This document shows, one piece after another, positions 56,320 to 64,000 of a stretch of 64,000 nt of DNA. Positions within the stretch are counted from its first letter, which is position 1; each line of letters begins with the position of its first letter. The position numbers and the translations under genes were made by a program. Source of the stretch: the human T2T-CHM13v2.0 reference genome, Homo sapiens. A model generated the notes under the pieces. The model saw only the letters and a program-made list of their open reading frames with translations. It was not told the DNA's origin and ran no database searches. The stretch lies in the NCBI RefSeq assembly GCF_009914755.1, contig NC_060930.1. The stretch is one strand, 5' to 3'.

Positions 56320-59300
56320 TTAGTCTCAAACCTGCCCTGTGCATATCGAGTATTGAGATATATGCAACTACTATATTTCATTCATGGTATTATTTTACGT
56401 ATATTCCTTATCAATCACCTGTCAAATTAGGTAATTTTATTACACACACAGGTATTTATATAATTTTTAGTGACACAGGACAATTATATATTATTTCATA
56501 CTATCCTCACACTGACAGAGAAGATATTTGTTGTTCCTTAAAAAATCAAACAAACAATAGAAAGCAGCTGAGAATATTGAGATTCAGTCTTGCCCAAGGT
56601 CACGTATGCTCACACACAGCTAGAACCAGTCACAGATCTGCTCTTCGTCTGGTGCTGTCTACTCTGATTTTCAAAATAGTGGCTCCTGTTCACTCTCCCC
56701 TATTTTAATTTCAGAGTTCTGGCAGAATGGTAAGAATGTAAAGAAAATGGTTCACTGCTACCTCTGGTATACACTTTATCTTGTAAGAATTTATGGTAGA
56801 TGGTGTTGGGGAACAGTGCCTGCATGGCAATTCTTGCAGCATCTCTGCTGCTGTATATCATCCCATTTTCTTATTTGCCACATTGTAAATCAGCTTTGCA
56901 AATAGCCACTCATACAGGGAAGTAACACTTTAGGCTGGATAGTACAGTACTTTCCAATTTTGTAGATGTTTTAGGAAGCTATGTCTGCTGAATATGCCAC
57001 ATTTCTTATCACTGTCATCTCAAAACCATAATTAATATTAACCGAGAAATGATGATCAAGGTAATAGTCTCAAAACTCTTTGGCAAATAAACAATGCTAT
57101 TGCAGCACAACTTTGTTAGGCAGGATGTATATAGGTAATTAATACTTTTAGGATATCTAAATAGCTATTCTGTGGGGCTGAGGAAGAAAAACTTCATCAG
57201 GAGAGTGGCAATAAAAAAAAATGATGCAGTACAGCAAGATGCCGCTGAAAAATAATCTTTGCAGAAAGCAGAACAGGCACAAAGTACATATTTGGAGCTC
57301 CTTTTAAGAAAAGTTTTAAGCTGATCCAACTGAGTATAAAGTGGAGTTGCATGCTCAGGGTAAGGCTCTGCAGAAAGCATTGACCAGGTGTGTGTTTATG
57401 GTTTTCAAAGCTAGAACTAGCTACTGTGCCAGTGGCTTTTACAGCATCTGGTGGGTAGGAACCAGCATGAGTCATCCGGGGAGCACTGGACTAGCCGGGG
57501 CACCCCAGTACCCACTAAAGAGCTGACCTAGCCTCTTGCCTGGGGCTGAGAAGCTGCATTTGGTCTAGATCAAGGTCCTAGGGAGGAACTAAGCAGGTGG
57601 TTTGATCTGAAATACTTGAACTGGCACAACGTCAAGTAGGCCAGACAGGTAGGGCAGAGGCAGGCATAGCAAGAGCACCATGAACTGGTGACTTAGTAGA
57701 TGCCTGGCCTCAGTTCTTTTTGGCTAAGGGCTGCTCTGTTGTTCTTTGCCTTTTCTGCTTCCCTGTGGGATAGAATTTGCAGATCTAAGAGGTTCAAAAA
57801 GTTGAGAAAAGCCCTGTTACCTGGAAAAAATATCATATTCTTAGTTCCCTAGGAAAAGTCTTCTGATTCTGAATTAGAACTTGTTATTGACCTTTGTCCT
57901 CACTGGTAAAATCATTCCCTGGTGTTAGAAAAAGTGAAATTTGTGCTAGGAAAAGAGGAGAATCTTAAAACCACGGATGCATCTGTCCTTAAGCAGTAAA
58001 ATCCTAACCCGAGAGAATCCATGAAATCTGCAGCTCTCCTTACTTTGCCCTTGACTCTGTCAGCTCGTTTACTTAAAAAGGCAATGTGGGGCAGACTGAT
58101 AAGATGGGTTCCCCAGAGTATATCCACTGCCTCTTCAACCTGGCTGCGGGTTGACGGTTTATATAACACTAACTCTGAATATGTGGAACTGACAGTTGTC
58201 AAATTAGTATTTATACAGAATTTGCTCCATATGTAAAACCAGTCAGGCTCAAGTTTTAAACAATGGACATTGGTTTTATACTTTCTGATGCTTTAAATGC
58301 CATCCTAGTATAACTGAACCTTACCTTGGCATAGAATTATGGTAGGATAAGCGCCGGGCTACTTTTAGTGCACAGTCATTAAGTACCTCTCACGAGATAA
58401 CTTTATGATTATCCCTCAAGGGAACTGTGGGTAAGACTATTCTTCCTTTTCTCTCCTGTCGAGTTCCAGTCACAAATTCTCACAGAGAAGAGGCTTAACT
58501 AAAATTTCATTTTCCCCGTAAGTTTTGTACAACTCTGTTAGAGCTTCAGCATTTGGAATAGGCCCCAAAACCCCCTTTAATACATTCACTGACCAAAAGT
58601 TTCTCTTCTCTGCATTTACAAAATGAACAATAAGCTAATGGTATCATTTCTGCCAGAAACTGCACAAGCTGAAAATATACATGTTTAAAAAAACATTTTA
58701 GATACATCTGAGCAATATTGTCACCATTTGTAAACATCATGGAAGACAATTATTCTCATAGCAGGTCTCAATGACAGTGAAATGGTCAGAGCCAGTATAC
58801 CTGAAAGTTATGAAGATGTTTGAGAAATAAGGCTTTAGTCAATGGCACCTACTGAAAGATTTCTGAGCGTGGAAGTATATACAACTAAGAGGAATTAAGA
58901 AAGATCATGTAATAAAATGAGGAAGAAAATCCTTTATCACTTCCCCACCAGACATTTTTATCATTTTATATGTTTTTCCCTTATGTAGCACTTGGTAAAT
59001 TTAGAATTATATATATGTAAGTGAGTCTTTGAAGAATGCCTTATTTCCGCAAATAAAGTAGGAGATCCACAAGGGCAAGAACATTGCCCATTTTCCTCAT
59101 CTTGAATCCCCCATATACTGTGTATGATGCATGGAGCCTGCACAAGATGAGTGTTCAATTTATTTTTATGAAAGAATAAATGAATTAGTGAAAGAATGAA
59201 TGAGTCTAGTAGATAATTAGAGGCTTAGACAGTCAAGAAAGTAAGTGCAAGGGTGCCACAGAGAGTCAAAAGAGTTGACAGTGAATAATATGACTGAAGA

Positions 59301-60254
59301 GTTTATGCTCTGTGCCCTGATTTATAGCCTGTTGAGTACCAATGGCCCTGAGTGCCCAGGTATTGACCATGACCAGCAAGCATTGTGAGACCTGAAGGTG
59401 ACTCTTTTCTCTGATTGTGTTGGTAGCAGCAAGCTGTTATCTTACTCTGGATTCTGATTACGTACTATGTATACAGTAATTGTGTAATAGGCCAGGTGAG
59501 CATTAAACAAAGGCTGTTTTCATTTCTTAAACTTCTTGTGCAATTCTTTAGCATAAGAGATGACAAACAATTTGGCGGAAAGTCAAATGCTTTAAAAATA
59601 TTTTCGGGATAGTCATTAAGATATCATTGTTGTAATTCCTTAAAGTTTATGGTAACTTTTAATTGTATGTTCAATAGGAACAAATCCAAGCTGGCCTATC
59701 GAACTGGTTGGTTGTGTAATTAATATACATAATAAAGACATTAAAGGACCATCTTAGCTAATAATAGCAAGCTTATCTTCCTTAAGTGGGCTATTTTTTT
59801 CCAAAACAATTTGCAACATAATTTATTTAGGCTAGTTTATGTTCACCAAATTTCTTTATGTACTGTCTACTAGAAGCAATTTGTCTTTTCTTCATAGGCT
59901 TATAAATTTGAGTTTTAAAGCCAATTAAAGAAAAAAATCAAATGAACTCAGCCTAATTTATTGAACTAAGAGCTTTTACAGAATAAAAAATATATGGAAT
60001 TTTATGTCTTACTTTGTCTTTAATGACTTTCCTTTTAGTACCTTAGACTTCAATGCCCCATTATATAATTTTTAGAATTGAGTTAATACTTTAACTAATA
60101 CATCTATATTTATCTTCTGTATATAATAGATGTGTTATAAGCTATAAGCTCCTCTAAACAATATCAAATATGAAATGTTCAACACAAACCTGTATTAAAG
60201 AATTTGTTTTTACCTCTTGTTTGGTAAAGCATTAAAAAAAAGTCTCAATAGTTT

Positions 60255-60760
60255 TAGAAAACATTTATTCAAATACCAGGCTAGATGTTGAGGATATAGT
60301 GTTGAAAATGTAATCTTAAGTTCACTGTGTATTGGGAATACAGATAAAGAAGCCAAGGATTTCATTACAGTGTGATAAGTAATATAACAGAGGAATTCAC
60401 ACAATATTTAAAGATGAGAGCAGAGAATAGAGGCATATTTTTTAACCTAAAAATTGACTTTGTTGTCAAAGAAGATTTTCTATAGGCAACTAAACTTAAT
60501 GCATTTCTTGAAGGAAAAGAAGATACCAGCCAGGAGGAAACTCGTGTGTGTGTGTGTGTGTGTGTGTGCATGAGAGAGAGAGAGGTAGTACTTTGGGTAT
60601 TTCGAGTATGTGCAAAGCATGTGCAAAGATATTCTGGCATCAAATAGCAATGTCTCACTTTTAATTCTGTGTGGTATTTAGGTTTAGTAACCATTGATGA
60701 AAAGTTGGGGGAGATAAACAGGAGACAGATCATGAAGAAACCTTTAAAACATGCTAAACA
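60255..60760 (-). mobile_element. L2 fragment containing a (TG)n/(GA)n microsatellite at ~60544-60582
   Basis: AAACATTTATT...CCAGGCTAGATGTTGAGGATATAG start; degenerate L2 body. Confidence 0.55.
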
Positions 60761-61059
60761 AATGGCTCTTTATTTTAAGAATAATGTGGATCCACTAACA
60801 AATCTTACACAGAATAGTCCTTTTTTTTTTAGGCTACATACTGTCCTTCAATATATATATAAAAATAATACGGCCTCCTTTAAAAAATGTTGAAGTGCAA
60901 AATAATCATTTTTTCTAAGCTAAAGCAATTGTAATCTCTGATAAGATTTTCTGAATTAATCTATCATATGATTTGTTTAATTAAAGAAGTCTCCTTTCTT
61001 TCACCTACCCCTTCCCCAACCCTTAGATGGGATTATTATATTATTTCCTTGCAGTCACT

Positions 61060-61810
61060 CAGTTGAGAATAACAGATTTAGGATCAGTGTGGAATGTGGA
61101 TAAAGAAATCTCAGAATGACCTGGGGAGATCTGTTAGCAGGCTCTTGGGTATTGCAGGTAAGAGTGATGTGTGCCTGTGCTGACATAGCAGTGATAGGAA
61201 CTGAGAGAATGGGATTGGTATAAGAGATACTATGGAGGTTGCATCAGTGAGACTTGGTGGTAGATTGAATGGGGGATGGAAAGACAGAATGGTTGATGTT
61301 GACTGCCCAGTTTCTTGCTCAGCCTATTGGGTAGATGGTGACACATATCACAGTATTTTGAAGGGGTATGGAAAAGAGGTAGAAAAGATGGTGAGTTCAG
61401 TTGGGTATCTATTGACTTAGAGATAGTAATGTGTAATAGGCATATGAAGATATGGGTTGGAGCTCAGAAGAGATGTCTGCTAAGCAATTATGAATCTGAA
61501 ACTCATTGCTGAACAGATAGTTGAAGTTACAGGTTTGGCCATGGTGTTCCAGGACAGAGAGTTGACTGGAATCAGAAGAGTATAAATCAAGAAACTTTGG
61601 GGAAAATTCCCATATTTATAAGGAGAAAGAGGAAGATAAAACCTGAAAAAAACTGAGAAAGAGCAACCATAGACATAGGATTCAAATCAAGACAGCAAAA
61701 TTTTGGAAGATGCTGCAAGAAGTAATCACAGTGTCAAAAGTGACTGAGAGGTCAAGTAAGATGAGGACCTACAAATGTCCATTCAATTTGGAGTTAAAAA
61801 GTCCTTGGCA
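61060..61810 (-). mobile_element. L2 fragment
   Basis: GAGAGGTCAAGTAAGATGAGGAC, GATGGTGAGTTCAGTT and related L2 motifs. Confidence 0.6.
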
Positions 61811-63292
61811 GACAGATTGCCTCATTTGTAAAAATTCAGGTGACATTTTAATAATTTTATTAAGCAAAATAATTTATCTTGAAGAGATGAAACCAAGCCA
61901 AACCAAAAAATACTCTGATAGCATAAAAGCATTTCCTTTACATATTTTTCTAAATGTTACAAGACACTTTGGTCTTTTGGTTGAAGAGAAAGGAGAGGGA
62001 GAGGGAACATTATATTTATGGCATTAACATCCTTATTATTTAAGTCAATTATAGATTTTAGTAAATCCATATATTCAACATGACAAAATGTGCCCCTCCA
62101 ATCTATTTCTTTCTTTTTCATGGCAGTACTTGTATTTCTTTTTATAAATTTAAATAATAATTCTGAGTGTCATTTTCTAGAATAGCATTAGCGATTCTAG
62201 GTTCATAATATAGAGATTATAATGTGAAATCTAACACCATATTAATGCTTTTGGAAGAAGGTAAGAGATAATATAACTTAAAAAATAAACAATTATAGCA
62301 TCCCTTATGCAGAGAGGCTATAGGTTTCTTCAAGGAAATTAGTAAATTTAAAAGCATCAAGGAAGATTTATTCCCAGAGCAAGGTTTTTCTCTCTGATGC
62401 AGGTTTTCCAGTTTGATCCTTAAACATGGGAAGAAACATACATGAAGTTTGAATCTGGTGACAAGACAGGAAACAGAAGGGAAATACAGAGACTTACCAG
62501 TGTTATTTAACAGTATTGTGAACAACAGGCCAACTTCTATTTCAAAGTAGAGCGATCACAAAAGCTCAAAATAGCCTTGGGCAGTACAGGAGAGCAGATG
62601 AAGCACTGAACTGGATGCCAAGATGAAATCAATGAGAGAGAACAGGTGAAAAATTGTCAGCAAGAGTTACATTTTGGGCCTAGGAAAGAATGTGACGATT
62701 CCAAAGGGCTACCCACTCTCTGAAACAGGATTGTATGAATTATATTTCCTAGATATATAGCACCTGCAGTGTGGATGGTTAGGAATTTTGGAGAAGTTAA
62801 ATTGATTGCTTATTTCATTGTACGTCAATGCAAACATTTTTCAATGAATAGAACATATCTACAATTAACAGAAGAAAGTTCTAGAAAATGTAGCACTCCC
62901 TAAGTCAGTGTCTTCTTGGTGAATAAGTAGATGTGTTCTTATATCCTTGATCAGCAACACCCAAGGGACAGAGACAGGACTGATGAAGATTTCTATTCTC
63001 TCAATAAGTTTAGCAGAGCTGATTGGAGTCGTCTGCCGTAGAACATCCACAGAGCAACGATGTATATATATGTCAGTATATCTCAGATGTCCTCTAATTC
63101 AGATTGTGAGGGATGGAAGAGCTTTTGTTTCTTTAGAGTCAGAGGGCACGCTAGACAGTTATGTGCACAAAAACATTCCAGAAATCCCCCATGGCGCCGT
63201 GTCTGGAAATAGTAATTTCTTTGCTTATTGATTTAAAAATGTCTCAATCTGGAAACCAATTAGAATTTTTACGTAAATATTTCAGTAATCTA

Positions 63293-63650
<358 letters not shown>

Positions 63651-64000
63651 GCAAATGGATGTGGACACATACAAGATTTGGAAATTTGATTGCGGGCATG
63701 ACTCAGGGAAATATGAGATTAAACTCTGCTGTGGAAAATGTTCAAGTCCTGATATTTATGTCTATACCATAATTTCCATCTTGCTAAACGTGAGAATTTT
63801 TTAAAGAACTATATAAAAGTTGCTTGGAAAAGCAGCATACTTTTCTAGAAAGATGATTAACCAAATGCTAACCAAACGTTGTCAATGAGGAATAAGTGAT
63901 TGTTCACATTTCTGTGATCCTTTGAAACATGATAGGAATATTTAACTACTCCATAAAATTTGTTTCCCATTTTATATATGTGAGAGTTGCTGGAAACAAA

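Overview
Primate (almost certainly human) AT-rich, repeat-dense intergenic DNA with no intact protein-coding gene. Landmarks: a processed EEF1D pseudogene (7145-8094, -), a Y3 RNA retrocopy (~11530), a full-length ~7.7 kb L1MA1/2-type LINE nested in an older L1, a perfect (CGGGAGAG)18 repeat, and a ~9.5 kb minus-strand L1MB-like element with many nested insertions (Alus, U13 snoRNA retrocopy, LTR12 and MER57-type solo LTRs). From memory, the order EEF1D pseudogene / Y RNA / snoU13 matches the human 6q22.33 interval between PTPRK and LAMA2 (EEF1DP5); this is not verified. Most unusual observation: a ~1.3 kb foreign segment (~38009-39295) replaces ~0.8 kb of that L1's reverse-transcriptase core and carries an orphan 45-bp Gly-X-Y exon with intact splice sites (GNHGEKDVDGLDGEQ) resembling a collagen VI alpha3/4/5/6-class exon. 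I see no new multi-gene system; the interesting signals are rearrangement, retrotransposition and candidate regulatory features. Repeat subfamily calls are by eye and boundaries are approximate.
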